The notes under the pieces: generated by a model | The model's input: the letters and a program-made list of their open reading frames with translations, nothing else | Databases searched by the model: none | What the model was told of the DNA's origin: nothing | Shown: positions 30,213 through 40,982 of the stretch, piece by piece | How positions within the stretch are numbered: the stretch's first letter is position 1 | Layout of the letters: each line of letters begins with the position of its first letter | Assembly: GCA_963719515.1 (NCBI GenBank) | Contig: CAVRCJ010000002.1 | Coordinates: 1 to 46,469 of the forward strand | DNA length: 46,469 nt | Source: an uncultured cyanobacterium | GTDB taxonomy: Bacteria; Cyanobacteriota; Cyanobacteriia; CAKZMO01 | Direction of reading: 5' to 3' | Program-made: the position numbers and the translations under genes

Positions 30213-30255
30213 CCCGACAGTAACCTGCCCACTTACTTTACTTAGGAGATTAGCC

Positions 30256-30621
30256 GTGATTCAGCAAGAGTCGTACCTTAACGTAGCGGACAATAGCGGT
30301 GCCCGCAAACTCATGTGTATCCGCGTTTTGGGCGGTAACCGCCGCTATGCCGGTATTGGCGATGTGGTGATTGCTGTAGTCAAGGACGCGCTACCTAACA
30401 TGGCCATTAAAAAGTCTGATGTAGTGCGGGCAGTGATCGTTAGAACTAAAAAAGGGCTGCGTCGTGAAAGCGGCATGAGCATCCGGTTCGACGATAATGC
30501 GGCTGTTGTCATCAACCCTGAAGGCAATCCCCGAGGCACTCGCGTATTTGGCCCTGTGGCGCGGGAACTGCGGGAGAAAAATTTCACCAAAATCGTTTCC
30601 CTAGCTCCGGAGGTCCTCTAA
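30256..30621 (+). CDS. rplN: 50S ribosomal protein L14
   Basis: [34 protein letters not shown]. Confidence 0.98.
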   Translation: MIQQESYLNVADNSGARKLMCIRVLGGNRRYAGIGDVVIAVVKDALPNMAIKKSDVVRAVIVRTKKGLRRESGMSIRFDDNAAVVINPEGNPRGTRVFGPVARELREKNFTKIVSLAPEVL

Positions 30622-30622
30622 C

Positions 30623-30967
30623 GTGTCTAAACCACAGCAGCATCGACACAAAATGCACGTCAGAACCGGTGATACGGTTCAAGTCATTTCAGGGCGTGAG
30701 AAAGGCAAGGTGGGCGAAGTGGTGCAGGCGATTCCCAAAACCAGCCAGGTTGTCGTCAAGGGCATCAACTTTCGCACCAAGCACGTCAAGCCCCAGCAGG
30801 AGGGCGAGTCAGGTCAGATCACGACCTACGAAGCGCCTATTCATAGCTCTAACGTCATGCTCTACTCCAGCAAGGAGAAGGTGGCGAGCCGGGTTTGCTA
30901 CACCGTCAATAGCGAGGGCCGCAAGGTTCGTATGCTCAAGAAGACGGGAGAGACCCTCGACTCTTGA
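30623..30967 (+). CDS. rplX: 50S ribosomal protein L24
   Basis: KOW motif [23 protein letters not shown]. Confidence 0.97.
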   Translation: MSKPQQHRHKMHVRTGDTVQVISGREKGKVGEVVQAIPKTSQVVVKGINFRTKHVKPQQEGESGQITTYEAPIHSSNVMLYSSKEKVASRVCYTVNSEGRKVRMLKKTGETLDS

Positions 30968-31072
30968 TCTATCCGATTTGTTTAGCTGAGCCGCAGTCGG
31001 CCAGCGCTCTTCCGCACAACGTTCACCTCGTTTCTGACCCAGCCCAGAAACTTATCAACAGGTAGTCAACCT

Positions 31073-31627
31073 ATGCCAACAACGACACCTCGTCTAAAAA
31101 CGGTCTACCAAGACACCATCGCCCCCAAACTAATAGAGCAGTTTCAGTACACCAACCCTCACCAGGTCCCTAAGCTGGCCAAAGTGAGCATCAACCGAGG
31201 CCTAGGGGAAGCGTCTCAGAACGCGAAAGCTCTGGAGGCCTCCGTTGCCGAGCTAGCGATGATCACTGGGCAAAAGCCGGTGGTGACGCGGGCTAAGAAG
31301 GCGATCGCCGGATTCAAAATTCGCCAGGGCATGCCCGTCGGCGTCATGGTTACCCTTCGGGCAGAGCGCATGTATGCGTTTCTCGACCGCTTCATAAATC
31401 TGGCCCTGCCCAGGATTCGTGACTTTCGAGGCGTTAGCCCAAACAGCTTTGATGGTCGGGGCAACTACACGATCGGCGTCAGGGAGCAGTTGATTTTCCC
31501 TGAAGTTGAATACGACAGCATCGATCAGATTAGGGGCATGGACATTTCCATCATTACGACAGCAAATACCGACGAGGAGGGGCGCGCCCTTCTGCGGGAA
31601 ATGGGTATGCCCTTTCGCGAAAAGTAA
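31073..31627 (+). CDS. rplE: 50S ribosomal protein L5
   Basis: [34 protein letters not shown]. Confidence 0.98.
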   Translation: MPTTTPRLKTVYQDTIAPKLIEQFQYTNPHQVPKLAKVSINRGLGEASQNAKALEASVAELAMITGQKPVVTRAKKAIAGFKIRQGMPVGVMVTLRAERMYAFLDRFINLALPRIRDFRGVSPNSFDGRGNYTIGVREQLIFPEVEYDSIDQIRGMDISIITTANTDEEGRALLREMGMPFREK

Positions 31628-31653
31628 TTGAGATTTCAGACGAAGAGGAAGCT

Positions 31654-32055
31654 ATGGCGTCCAACGATACGATTGCAGACATGCTGACACGAATCCGAAA
31701 TGCTAGCCTAGCGCGGCATCAGGAAACGCAGGTTCCATCCACGCGAATGACTCGGAGCATTGCTAAAGTGCTGCGGGACGAAGGATTTATTGTTGACTTT
31801 ATAGAAGTCGGCGACGCGCCTAAGCGCCAGCTGCAAATTTCCCTGAAGTACAAGGGTAAGAGTCGGCAGCCCATTATTCGAAAACTGCGTCGTATCAGCA
31901 AGCCTGGTCTTCGGGTTTATTCGGGTCGGCGAGACCTGCCCAGAGTTCTAGGCGGCGTTGGCGTTGCCATTATCTCAACCTCCCAGGGCATTATGACGGA
32001 CCGAGAAGCGCGTCGTCAGGGCGTGGGTGGCGAAATTCTCTGTTACGTCTGGTAG
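31654..32055 (+). CDS. rpsH: 30S ribosomal protein S8
   Basis: [31 protein letters not shown]. Confidence 0.98.
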   Translation: MASNDTIADMLTRIRNASLARHQETQVPSTRMTRSIAKVLRDEGFIVDFIEVGDAPKRQLQISLKYKGKSRQPIIRKLRRISKPGLRVYSGRRDLPRVLGGVGVAIISTSQGIMTDREARRQGVGGEILCYVW

Positions 32056-32139
32056 TCAGGCACCCGCTTTGTCTAGAGCCCACTGCCTGCTGACGTTTGA
32101 AGATGATTGACATTTTACGAGTATCAGGAGACCCCAACC

Positions 32140-32679
32140 ATGTCCCGAATTGGTAAACGCCCTATCCCAGTACCGGCCAAGGTCACGGTTTCAATCTCTG
32201 GGCAAGAGGTTGTTGTCAAAGGCCCCAAGGGAGAGTTGTCCCGCGTGTTGCCCCCCGAGATTGAGATCGCTCAAGTGGGGGAAGAGATCTTGGTGACCCG
32301 CCGCGACGAGTCCCGAAATGCGCGCCAGCGGCATGGACTTTGTCGAACCTTGGTTGCCAACATGATAGAGGGCGTTTCTGACGGCTTTCAAAAGCGGCTT
32401 GAGCTGCAGGGTGTGGGGTACAGGGCGCAGGTTCAGGGCAGCGACCTGGTGCTCAACGTCGGATACAGTAACCCCGTAAAGATTGATCCCCCACAGGGCA
32501 TTCAGTTTGCGGTTGAGGCGAACACCAACGTGTCGGTTACAGGTATAGATAAAGAAGAAGTCGGCAACACCGCCGCTCGCATTCGGGCGGTTCGTCCCCC
32601 TGAGCCCTACAAGGGTAAAGGCATTCGCTACGCCGGAGAACTAGTCAGACGTAAGGCAGGTAAGGCAGGTAAGAAGTAA
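32140..32679 (+). CDS. rplF: 50S ribosomal protein L6
   Basis: MSRIGKRPI (ATG 32140 after AGGAG), [17 protein letters not shown]. Confidence 0.98.
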   Translation: MSRIGKRPIPVPAKVTVSISGQEVVVKGPKGELSRVLPPEIEIAQVGEEILVTRRDESRNARQRHGLCRTLVANMIEGVSDGFQKRLELQGVGYRAQVQGSDLVLNVGYSNPVKIDPPQGIQFAVEANTNVSVTGIDKEEVGNTAARIRAVRPPEPYKGKGIRYAGELVRRKAGKAGKK

Positions 32680-32681
32680 TT

Positions 32682-33044
32682 ATGAAAACCAGTCGCAAAC
32701 AAGCAACTCGACGGCGCCACGCCCGCATTCGCCGCAAGATGATCGGCACAGCAGAGCAGCCTCGCCTATCAGTTTTTCGCTCCAATCAGCATATCTACGC
32801 TCAGGTAATCGACGATGTCAGCCAAACGACGCTGACGGCCGCTTCGACCCTCGACCCCGATCTGAAGGCTTCTCTAGAAGACAGCTCTAACTGCGATGCT
32901 TCTACTAAGGTGGGCCAGCTTGTTGCTCAACGGGCCCAAGAGTGCGGCATCACTAAGGTGGTTTTTGATCGCGGCGGCAAGCTTTATCACGGACGCGTCA
33001 AAGCCTTAGCGGATGCTGCTCGCGAGGCAGGTCTAGAGTTTTAA
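32682..33044 (+). CDS. rplR: 50S ribosomal protein L18
   Basis: [31 protein letters not shown]. Confidence 0.98.
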   Translation: MKTSRKQATRRRHARIRRKMIGTAEQPRLSVFRSNQHIYAQVIDDVSQTTLTAASTLDPDLKASLEDSSNCDASTKVGQLVAQRAQECGITKVVFDRGGKLYHGRVKALADAAREAGLEF

Positions 33045-33115
33045 TCGCGCTTTGCGCTTGTCAATAGTTAATGTGAGTAACGGCTCACGAAAGAACATAA
33101 CGGTGGACTGAAGCC

Positions 33116-33643
33116 ATGGCAAATCGAGATCGTCGTAAGTCAAACAAAGGAAAAGAAAAGGAGTCGGAGTGGCAAGAGCGGGTTGTTCAAATCCGGCGCG
33201 TCACGAAGGTGGTCAAGGGAGGCAAAACCCTGAGCTTTCGGGCCGTAGTGATTGTTGGCAATGAGCGCGGCCAGGTGGGTGTGGGCGTCGGCAAAGCAGG
33301 CGATGTGATTGGGGCAGTGCGCAAGGGCGTTGCCGATGCTAAAAAGCATTTGGTGCAGGTGCCGTTGACTAAAGCAAACTCCATCCCCCATCCCTCCAAT
33401 GGAATCAGCGGCGGCGCGAAAGTAATGATGCGTCCTGCTGGACCTGGAACCGGCGTTATTGCTGGCGGAGCTGTTCGCACCGTGCTGGAGCTTTCTGGCG
33501 TTAAGAACGTATTGGCCAAGCAGCTCGGCTCTAGCAACCCGCTCAACAACGCCCGCGCTGCCGCCAACGCTTTAGACACGCTGCGTACCCTGGCCGACGT
33601 GGCTCGGGAGCGCGACGTTCCGATTGAGCAGCTTTATGCGTGA
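33116..33643 (+). CDS. rpsE: 30S ribosomal protein S5
   Basis: [27 protein letters not shown]. Confidence 0.98.
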   Translation: MANRDRRKSNKGKEKESEWQERVVQIRRVTKVVKGGKTLSFRAVVIVGNERGQVGVGVGKAGDVIGAVRKGVADAKKHLVQVPLTKANSIPHPSNGISGGAKVMMRPAGPGTGVIAGGAVRTVLELSGVKNVLAKQLGSSNPLNNARAAANALDTLRTLADVARERDVPIEQLYA

Positions 33644-33748
33644 GTTGTTTAGGCTGAGGCGGCTAGCTTAGGTCGCTTGGCTATAGATAACTCAAGCGCA
33701 GGTAATCCCTACTTTTTGCTTTTGAAAACCCGGTTCTATTGGTAAGCC

Positions 33749-34192
33749 ATGAGATTAGAAGACGCAAAACCTCAACAGGGCTCGCGGCGGCGCAAGCGGC
33801 GAATTGGACGTGGCATCTCTGCCGGTCAGGGGGCTAGCGGTGGTTTCGGCATGCGCGGTCAAAAGTCTCGCTCTGGAAGTGGCACCCGTCCGGGCTTTGA
33901 GGGTGGTCAGATGCCGCTCTATCGCCGCGTGCCCAAGCTCAAGCATTTTCCTATCGTCAACCCAACCCACAACACCATCATCAATGTGGGTCGCCTCAAA
34001 ACGATCGCGTCCGGTTCGGAAGTGACCTTAGCATCGCTGATGGAGAGCGGCATTGTCACCACCGATGACGGTCCCCTAAAGATATTGGGAGATGGGGCAC
34101 TGGACGTGGCGCTGACGGTCAGAGCCGCAGCGTTTACCCGCTCTGCTAAAGAGAAAATTGAGGCGGCAGGCGGTACCTGCGAGATTGTCTAA
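33749..34192 (+). CDS. rplO: 50S ribosomal protein L15
   Basis: R.GRG...GQG...[22 protein letters not shown]. Confidence 0.98.
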   Translation: MRLEDAKPQQGSRRRKRRIGRGISAGQGASGGFGMRGQKSRSGSGTRPGFEGGQMPLYRRVPKLKHFPIVNPTHNTIINVGRLKTIASGSEVTLASLMESGIVTTDDGPLKILGDGALDVALTVRAAAFTRSAKEKIEAAGGTCEIV

Positions 34193-34349
34193 AGGCCGCC
34201 AAAGCTGGGGGCGATGGCGGCGGTCAAAGCCTAATTCTCAAGGTCAATTACCGCAGTCGGGCCGGGTTTGTAAAGAGCGCTATGCTGTAGGGTAGCGGCT
34301 AGCTAACTTGAAAGCCTAGTTCAGAGCGATTACAGAGGTATGTTGTTTC

Positions 34350-35663
34350 ATGGTTGTCAGTAAAGATAAATCTCCAACGGCTCAAGAGACGTTTATGCAG
34401 ATGGCCCAAGCGGCTGGTCTGCGAGGCCGTCTTTTGTTGACGGTGGGCATGTTAATTTTGGTTCGCCTCGGCATCTTTATTCCGGTTCCTGGAATTGACC
34501 GGGCTCGGTTTCAGGCCGGTATCGCTGATAGCGGCTTGGGGGGAATTGTCGGGTTCCTAGACATTTTTTCTGGTGGAGGGCTCTCTCTGCTGGGGGTGTT
34601 CGCTCTGGGGATTTTGCCTTACATTAACGCCTCGATCATCATGCAGCTGCTGACAGCCGCCATCCCCAGTCTCGAAGATTTGCAAAAGAACGAAGGAGAA
34701 GCAGGTCGCCGCAAGATTTCGCAGATTACTCGCTATGTTGCCTTGGGCTGGTCCATTCTGCAGAGTATCGGGATCGCCCTACTAGTGAGCAATTTCGCCG
34801 AGGCGGGGCAGAGCCGGCCGGCCTTCATCGCCAGCACCGTTATCGCTTTGGCGGCGGGTTCTATGTTTGTGATGTGGGTGGGTGAGCTGATCACCGAGCG
34901 AGGTATCGGTAACGGCGCGTCGCTGCTGATTTTTGTCAACATCGTTTCTACCCTACCCCGCTCCCTTGGCCAGACAATTGACCTGGCCCAGAGCGGCGAT
35001 CGCAGTCTTGTGGGCGGCGTTGTCGTTCTGATGCTTGTCTTCCTGGTCATGATTGTGGGCATTGTGTTCGTGCAAGAGGGCACGCGCCGAATTCCAATCG
35101 TCTCTGCTCGCCGCCAGGTGGGCCGCCGCACTTACCAGGAAAAGAGCAGCTACCTGCCGCTCCGCCTCAATCAGGGGGGGGTGATGCCGATCATTTTTGC
35201 ATCGGCCGTCTTGATCTTACCGTCTTCGCTGACACAGATTTTCTCTAACGACACGCTATTGAGCGTCGTCAACGCCCTGCGTCCGGGAACCTGGATTTAC
35301 GTTGTCGTTTATCTGGCACTGATTCTATTCTTTAGCTATTTTTATGCGTCACTGATCGTTAATCCGGTCGACATGTCGCAGAACTTGAAAAAGATGGGGT
35401 CTAGCGTTCCAGGAATTCGTCCTGGTAAGGCAACCAGTGAATACCTAACGCGGGTCCTAAATCGATTGACCTTCTTGGGCGCAATCTTCCTTGGACTGGT
35501 CGCTATCATTCCAACTGCAGTAGAGGGCGCGACCCGCGTCACAACCTTTCAGGGACTAGGAGCAACCTCGCTGCTAATCCTAGTTGGGGTTGCCATCGAT
35601 ACCGCTAAGCAAGTCCAGACATACGTCATCTCTCAACGGTACGAGGGCATGGTCAAGCAGTAG
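34350..35663 (+). CDS. secY: Preprotein translocase subunit SecY
   Basis: FALGILPYINASII.QLL, GIGNG.SL.IF, GVMPIIFA, PGIRPG, TSLLILVGV. Confidence 0.98.
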   Translation: MVVSKDKSPTAQETFMQMAQAAGLRGRLLLTVGMLILVRLGIFIPVPGIDRARFQAGIADSGLGGIVGFLDIFSGGGLSLLGVFALGILPYINASIIMQLLTAAIPSLEDLQKNEGEAGRRKISQITRYVALGWSILQSIGIALLVSNFAEAGQSRPAFIASTVIALAAGSMFVMWVGELITERGIGNGASLLIFVNIVSTLPRSLGQTIDLAQSGDRSLVGGVVVLMLVFLVMIVGIVFVQEGTRRIPIVSARRQVGRRTYQEKSSYLPLRLNQGGVMPIIFASAVLILPSSLTQIFSNDTLLSVVNALRPGTWIYVVVYLALILFFSYFYASLIVNPVDMSQNLKKMGSSVPGIRPGKATSEYLTRVLNRLTFLGAIFLGLVAIIPTAVEGATRVTTFQGLGATSLLILVGVAIDTAKQVQTYVISQRYEGMVKQ

Positions 35664-35760
35664 GTCTAGCGAGGAGCTCCTCTTCCCTAAAAGGAGCTCC
35701 TGCGCATCCGAAACCACCTAGAGAGCAGGACTATTAATTGATCAACGGAGAGATAATCCT

Positions 35761-35988
35761 TTGTCTAAGCAAGACCTGATTGAGATGGAAGGAACGGTGA
35801 CCGACTCGCTGCCCAACGCAATGTTTCGCGTCGACCTCGATAACGGCTTTAACGTACTGGCCCATATTTCCGGCAAAATTCGGCGTAACTACATCAAAAT
35901 TTTGCCCGGCGATCGCGTCAAGGTTGAGCTGACGCCCTATGACTTGACTAAAGGGCGCATCACGTATCGACTGAGAAACAAAAAGTAG
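35761..35988 (+). CDS. infA: Translation initiation factor IF-1
   Basis: [34 protein letters not shown] start after GGAG. Confidence 0.98.
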   Translation: MSKQDLIEMEGTVTDSLPNAMFRVDLDNGFNVLAHISGKIRRNYIKILPGDRVKVELTPYDLTKGRITYRLRNKK

Positions 35989-36045
35989 CGCTGACTTGTT
36001 TTAGTTCATTTCCCAGAAATTCCTGCTGTCTGCCGCAGTTTTATT

Positions 36046-36073
36046 TTGAAAGCCTAACTTTTTAGGATATAAT
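36046..36073 (+). promoter_or_regulatory. Putative internal promoter before rpmJ-rpsM-rpsK-rpoA
   Basis: TTGAAA-16 bp-TATAAT in an AT-rich spacer. Confidence 0.55.
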
Positions 36074-36102
36074 AGATTGTTCTTTGTCTTGTTAAGCAGA
36101 TC

Positions 36103-36216
36103 ATGAAGGTCAGACCCTCTGTCCGTAGAATGTGTGAGAAATGCCGAGTCATTAAACGACGAGGACGTGTGATGGTGATTTGCCCCAACCCTAAGCATAA
36201 GCAGCGTCAAGGGTAG
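36103..36216 (+). CDS. rpmJ: 50S ribosomal protein L36 (Zn-binding type; absent from the ORF track)
   Basis: Manual translation: [37 protein letters not shown]. Confidence 0.98.
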   Translation: MKVRPSVRRMCEKCRVIKRRGRVMVICPNPKHKQRQG

Positions 36217-36255
36217 GCCACACCACAGAGTTTTGGAGAAGTTTGGAGGAAAAGC

Positions 36256-36636
36256 ATGGCGCGAATTGCGGGAGTCGACCTCCCAAGGGATAAGCGAGTT
36301 GAGATTGGCCTGAGATACATCTACGGTATCGGTCCTACGCGATCTAAGCATATTTTAGAGAAAACGGGAGTCAATCCAGATACCCGCATCAAAGACTTGA
36401 GCGATGCAGATGTGATCGCACTGCGCTCAGAGATCGATAGCTATCAGGTCGAGGGCGACTTGAGACGTTTAGAGTCGATGAACATTAAGCGTCTGATTGA
36501 CATCAGCGCGTACCGGGGCCGACGCCATCGACTGGGATTGCCCGTACGCGGCCAGAGAACGAGGACTAACTCGCGCACCCGGCGGGGCGGCGGGCGACGA
36601 ACCGTTGCCGGCAAGAAAAAGGCACCTAAGAAGTAG
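36256..36636 (+). CDS. rpsM: 30S ribosomal protein S13
   Basis: [33 protein letters not shown]. Confidence 0.98.
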   Translation: MARIAGVDLPRDKRVEIGLRYIYGIGPTRSKHILEKTGVNPDTRIKDLSDADVIALRSEIDSYQVEGDLRRLESMNIKRLIDISAYRGRRHRLGLPVRGQRTRTNSRTRRGGGRRTVAGKKKAPKK

Positions 36637-36706
36637 AGCATCTGCAGCTTAGGAGAGTAGTTAAAGCTTGATAGCAGTAAAAGAGGCGGCACAACAGTAG
36701 GAAACC

Positions 36707-37102
36707 ATGGCAAAGCAACCGATGCGAAAGTCAGGGCCGAGGAAGCAAAAGCGCAACGTCCCTAACGGAGTGGCCCACATTCGCTCCACCTTCAACAACA
36801 CCATCGTGACCATTACAGACGTCAGCGGTGAAGCCATATCCTGGGCCTCTGCTGGCTCCTCTGGATTCAAGGGTGCCAAGAAGGGGACGCCGTTTGCCGC
36901 TCAAACGGCAGCCGAGAGCGCGGCGCGGCGTGCGATGGATCAGGGAATGCGGCAAATAGAGGTTATGGTCAGTGGTCCCGGATCAGGGCGTGAAACAGCT
37001 ATTCGTGCTCTGCAGGGGGCTGGACTGGAGATAACGCTGATTCGAGATGTCACCCCCATTCCTCACAACGGCTGTCGTCCACCAAAGCGCCGCCGCGTCT
37101 AG
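36707..37102 (+). CDS. rpsK: 30S ribosomal protein S11
   Basis: [35 protein letters not shown]. Confidence 0.98.
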   Translation: MAKQPMRKSGPRKQKRNVPNGVAHIRSTFNNTIVTITDVSGEAISWASAGSSGFKGAKKGTPFAAQTAAESAARRAMDQGMRQIEVMVSGPGSGRETAIRALQGAGLEITLIRDVTPIPHNGCRPPKRRRV

Positions 37103-37277
37103 TGAGGTCTATGCTTGCCGATGGGCGTACTAGCGGCAGCGCTTGTCCGACACAGCAAGTCCGGACCGCTCTTGACTGGAAGGGTAATGTGCCCGCGATC
37201 GCAGATTAGTTAATGAAATCGAAGCTAGGGCATTTGAGAAAATTTGCTCGCTAGCTTACACCGAGGGAGGCTGCTTG

Positions 37278-38225
37278 ATGGCACAGTTTCAAGTTGAATG
37301 CGTAGAATCAGATACTAGCCCCACCCAGGGCCTGTTCGGAAAATTTGTAATGGAGCCGCTGGATCGAGGCCAGGGGATTACCGTCGGTAACGCGCTGCGT
37401 CGGGTGTTGCTCTCCAATCTCCAGGGTACCGCGATTACCGCTGTCCGGATCTCCGGCGTGACCCACGAATTTACCACGGTGCCCGGCGTGAGGGAGGATG
37501 TTTTAGACATCCTACTCAACATGAAGGATGTCGTGCTAAAGAGCTACTCGGCTCAAGCACAGATCGGCCGGCTGTTGATTCAAGGGCCGGTGACCGTGAC
37601 GGCAGGTCATTTGGACTTGCCCACTGAGGTGGAGGTGGTCAATCCGTCTCACTACATCGCCACAGTTGCTGCAGGGGCCACTCTAGAGATGGAATTTCGG
37701 GTCGAAGCTGGCGTAGGCTACCGAGCGGTCGAGCGCAGCTATGACGAGACGGCGGCGCTGGATTTCATGCAGATCGACGCTATTTTTATGCCGGTCCGCA
37801 AAGTCAATTATTCTGTCGAAAGCGCCAGAGTGGGCGGCTCATTGGATCAAGATCGCCTAATTCTCGATATTTGGACCAACGGCAGCCTTACCCCTCAAGA
37901 CGCCATGAGTCAGGCAGCCAGCATCTTGGTGACGCTGTTTGACCCGCTCAAGGACGTCACGATGGTGGCCGATGAGGAGACTGATGCCCCTGAGGAGAAT
38001 CCTGAGAGCCAGATTCCAATCGAAGAACTCCAGCTCTCTGTCCGGGCCTACAACTGCCTCAAGCGCGCCCAAATCAACTCTGTAGCGGATTTGCTCGACT
38101 ACACTCAGGAAGACTTGCTAGAAATCAAAAATTTCGGAGCCAAGTCTGCAGAAGAGGTCATCGAGGCGCTGCAGGAGCGACTAGGGATTACGCTTCCCCA
38201 CGAGAAATCGTCCAAGCCTGGCTAA
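37278..38225 (+). CDS. rpoA: DNA-directed RNA polymerase subunit alpha
   Basis: EPLDRGQG.TVGNALRRVLLS, GVREDV, LSVRAYNCLKRA, NFGAKS. Confidence 0.98.
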   Translation: MAQFQVECVESDTSPTQGLFGKFVMEPLDRGQGITVGNALRRVLLSNLQGTAITAVRISGVTHEFTTVPGVREDVLDILLNMKDVVLKSYSAQAQIGRLLIQGPVTVTAGHLDLPTEVEVVNPSHYIATVAAGATLEMEFRVEAGVGYRAVERSYDETAALDFMQIDAIFMPVRKVNYSVESARVGGSLDQDRLILDIWTNGSLTPQDAMSQAASILVTLFDPLKDVTMVADEETDAPEENPESQIPIEELQLSVRAYNCLKRAQINSVADLLDYTQEDLLEIKNFGAKSAEEVIEALQERLGITLPHEKSSKPG

Positions 38226-38303
38226 CCCGTAGGTTTGCAGTTGCCCCTCTAAGTCAAAATCTAAGCTCAAATTGCTGTTTCTTTTCCCTTCTTTAGTAGA
38301 GTC

Positions 38304-38654
38304 ATGCGTCATAGTCGTCGTGTTCATCAACTTGGCAAACCTGCCGACCAGCGTCGCGCCATGCTGCGAGCGCTAACCACCCAGCTTATTCGCCATGGTC
38401 GCGTCAAGACCACCAAGGCCAGGGCGCGCGCCGTTCGCGAGACCGCCGATCGGATGATCACCCTGGCTAAGGATGGCTCTTTGGCAGCCCGCCGCCGCGC
38501 TATGGGTTACATGTACGACAAGGACCTAGTCCATGCCCTATTTGAGGGCGCTGCGGAGCGCTACAGCGAGCGAAATGGGGGGTATACCCGCGTCGTTCGC
38601 ACCATTCGTCGGCGTGGCGATAATGCCGAAATGGCCATCATTGAGCTGACCTAA
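38304..38654 (+). CDS. rplQ: 50S ribosomal protein L17
   Basis: MRH....[26 protein letters not shown]. Confidence 0.98.
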   Translation: MRHSRRVHQLGKPADQRRAMLRALTTQLIRHGRVKTTKARARAVRETADRMITLAKDGSLAARRRAMGYMYDKDLVHALFEGAAERYSERNGGYTRVVRTIRRRGDNAEMAIIELT

Positions 38655-38658
38655 AACT

Positions 38659-39534
38659 ATGGTTCATGCCCCGTCCCACGACGCCTCGGCCTCTGACGGT
38701 GCCGCTTTAATCGAGCAGCACCGTCGGATTGCCTTGGTGATTCAGTACGTGGGAACGCATTACCACGGATGGCAGCGACAGCCTCACCACATCAGCGTGC
38801 AGGAAGTCATCGAGACAGTTCTCCGCGATTTTCTAGGGAATGCTGTCGTGATTCACGCCGCCGGACGTACTGATTCGGGGGTGCATGCCGCCGCTCAAAT
38901 CGCTCACTTTGATGCGCCTTCCCACATACCAGCCCACCGCTGGGCCAGCATCCTCAACGGTCGTCTGCCAAAAGACATCGTCGTTCGAGCGTCTGCAGAG
39001 GTGCCTGCGAGCTGGCACGCCCGGTTCTCCGCTCTCTGGCGACGATATCGCTACACTATCTATACGGACCGCTACCCCAACCTGTTTGTGCGGCCCTTTA
39101 GTTGGCACTACTACCGTGAGCCGATCGACGCAGGGAAGATCAGCGCAGCGCTGCAGCCCCTGTTGGGCCGGCACCACCTAGCCGCCTTTCACCGGGCAGG
39201 GTCAGATCGGCCTCACTCTTGGGTTGATGTTCAAGAGATCCTGTGCGAGCGCAGCGGCCCGTTTGTTCGGGTAGAGCTGCAGGCCAGCGGTTTTCTGTAC
39301 GGCATGGTGCGGTTGCTGATTGGCATGCTGGTGGATGTGGGCTGCGGGCGGCGATCGCTGGCCTCGTTCCGCGATATTTGGCAGTTCGAGCGGCGCGACC
39401 AAGTCAAGTATGCCGCTCCACCCCAGGGGCTTTGCTTGCTCAGGGTGGGGTATCCTGAGGTTCCCTTCTCTTCAGAACTTTGGTATGATACACAGCCGCT
39501 GTTCACGCTGTCCGCTCCGGTACCGTCCGCCTAG
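38659..39534 (+). CDS. truA: tRNA pseudouridine(38-40) synthase
   Basis: YHGWQRQ, AGRTDSGVHA, HARFSA, FLYGMVR, APPQGL.L. Confidence 0.96.
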   Translation: MVHAPSHDASASDGAALIEQHRRIALVIQYVGTHYHGWQRQPHHISVQEVIETVLRDFLGNAVVIHAAGRTDSGVHAAAQIAHFDAPSHIPAHRWASILNGRLPKDIVVRASAEVPASWHARFSALWRRYRYTIYTDRYPNLFVRPFSWHYYREPIDAGKISAALQPLLGRHHLAAFHRAGSDRPHSWVDVQEILCERSGPFVRVELQASGFLYGMVRLLIGMLVDVGCGRRSLASFRDIWQFERRDQVKYAAPPQGLCLLRVGYPEVPFSSELWYDTQPLFTLSAPVPSA

Positions 39535-39621
39535 TGGAGAGCTCTAGTCCATGACGACACTTGCCCGCAGCGATCGCTAGCTCTAACCCCCAGCCTTATT
39601 CCAACCTACACCCGTCAACCC

Positions 39622-40092
39622 ATGAACACAGCCACCCCAAACAAAACGTACACCCCCCCAGTAGATGCTTTTGAGCAAAACTGGTACATCGTCGACGCCG
39701 CTGACCAACGCTTAGGCCGGCTTGCGACCACCATCGCCAGCATTCTCAGAGGCAAGACAAAGCCTATTTACTCCCCCCATATGGATACGGGAGACTTTGT
39801 TGTCGTCATCAACGCAGAAAAGATCAGCGTCACCGGTCGCAAGCGCGAGCAGAAGCTCTATCGTCGGCACTCTGGTCGTCCTGGCGGAATGAAGGAAGAG
39901 ACCTTTGAGAAGCTGCAGGCGCGAGTTCCCGAGCGAATTATCGAGCAGGCTGTCCGGGGAATGCTTCCAAAAAATGCCCTGGGCCGTAAGCTGTTCACCA
40001 AGCTTAAGGTCTACGCTGGGCCGGACCATCCCCATGATGCTCAAAAGCCAGAGATTCTCAACGTCAACACCATTCCTACAGGAGATCAGTAA
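39622..40092 (+). CDS. rplM: 50S ribosomal protein L13
   Basis: WYIVDA....[32 protein letters not shown]. Confidence 0.98.
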   Translation: MNTATPNKTYTPPVDAFEQNWYIVDAADQRLGRLATTIASILRGKTKPIYSPHMDTGDFVVVINAEKISVTGRKREQKLYRRHSGRPGGMKEETFEKLQARVPERIIEQAVRGMLPKNALGRKLFTKLKVYAGPDHPHDAQKPEILNVNTIPTGDQ

Positions 40093-40505
40093 TGCAAGCA
40101 GAAGATAGAGCAGGGCGTGCCGTCTACTGGGGTACGGGCCGACGCAAGTCTTCAGTCGCCCGGGTGCGCCTCGTTCCAGGTAGCGGCCAGATCATTATCA
40201 ACAATCGTCCCGGCGAAGAATACCTCCAGTTCAACCACGGCTACCTTGCTGCGGCCAAAGCGCCGCTAGAGACCCTAGGACTAGAATCGGAGTACGACAT
40301 CCTGGTTAACGCCCACGGCGGTGGTCTGACTGGTCAAGCCGGTTCCATTAAGCTGGGAGTCGCTCGGGCACTGTGCGAACTCGACCCAGAGAACCGCAAG
40401 CCGCTCAAAGTTGAGGGTTACCTGACTCGCGACCCTCGAGCTAAAGAGCGGAAGAAGTACGGCCTGCACAAAGCCCGTAAAGCGCCTCAGTTCTCTAAGC
40501 GCTAA
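40092..40505 (+). CDS. rpsI: 30S ribosomal protein S9
   Basis: [40 protein letters not shown]. Confidence 0.98.
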   Translation: MQAEDRAGRAVYWGTGRRKSSVARVRLVPGSGQIIINNRPGEEYLQFNHGYLAAAKAPLETLGLESEYDILVNAHGGGLTGQAGSIKLGVARALCELDPENRKPLKVEGYLTRDPRAKERKKYGLHKARKAPQFSKR

Positions 40506-40573
40506 CCTCAAGCCCCTAGAGCTTCGGCAGCGCATCTATAAATTCTGTTCAACGATTTTCCATACCCAGACCC

Positions 40574-40873
40574 ATGCCTAAGTCAGATCTTCATCCAAAA
40601 TGGTACCCAGAGGCCAAGGTTTACTGTAACGGTGAGCTTGTTACCACTGTAGGTTCTACCAAGCCAGAGCTACATGTCGACGTTTGGTCGGGGAATCACC
40701 CCTTCTTCACCGGAACGCAGAAAATCATCGACACCGAGGGCCGAGTTGAACGCTTCTTGCGCAAGTACGGTATGGTAGACCCCTCCCAGGCTCCGCCGGA
40801 TAATGCTGCTAAAGACGATGCTGCTAAAGACGATGCTGCTGAAGACGCTGCCAAAGGTGACGCTGAGTCATAG
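40574..40873 (+). CDS. rpmE: 50S ribosomal protein L31 with repetitive C-terminal tail
   Basis: MPK..LHP.W, DVWSGNHPFFTG, DTEGRVERF..KYG. Confidence 0.97.
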   Translation: MPKSDLHPKWYPEAKVYCNGELVTTVGSTKPELHVDVWSGNHPFFTGTQKIIDTEGRVERFLRKYGMVDPSQAPPDNAAKDDAAKDDAAEDAAKGDAES

Positions 40874-40879
40874 GCTCTG

Positions 40880-40927
40880 CCCAACGCGATCGCTCTTTCC
40901 TGTACGGTGTGGGGCGATCGCGTTGGG
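40880..40927. repeat. 14-bp perfect inverted repeat with a HIP1 site in each arm
   Basis: CCCAACGCGATCGC (40880-40893) ... GCGATCGCGTTGGG (40914-40927). Confidence 0.75.
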
Positions 40928-40982
40928 TCAGCTCTGCGCAACCGCTCCAATCTGACAAACTGTTGACACAAAGAGTTCTGGT

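Noticed and set aside
33200..33245. S5 loop reads GGKTLSF rather than the more familiar GGKKLSF, near the spectinomycin-resistance loop
   Set aside because: A single substitution at a variable position gives no basis for a resistance claim.
25043..38654. Absence of rpsJ, rpsN, rpmD and rpsD from the r-protein cluster
   Set aside because: This is normal for cyanobacteria, where these genes are elsewhere or absent. Only the adk absence is atypical.
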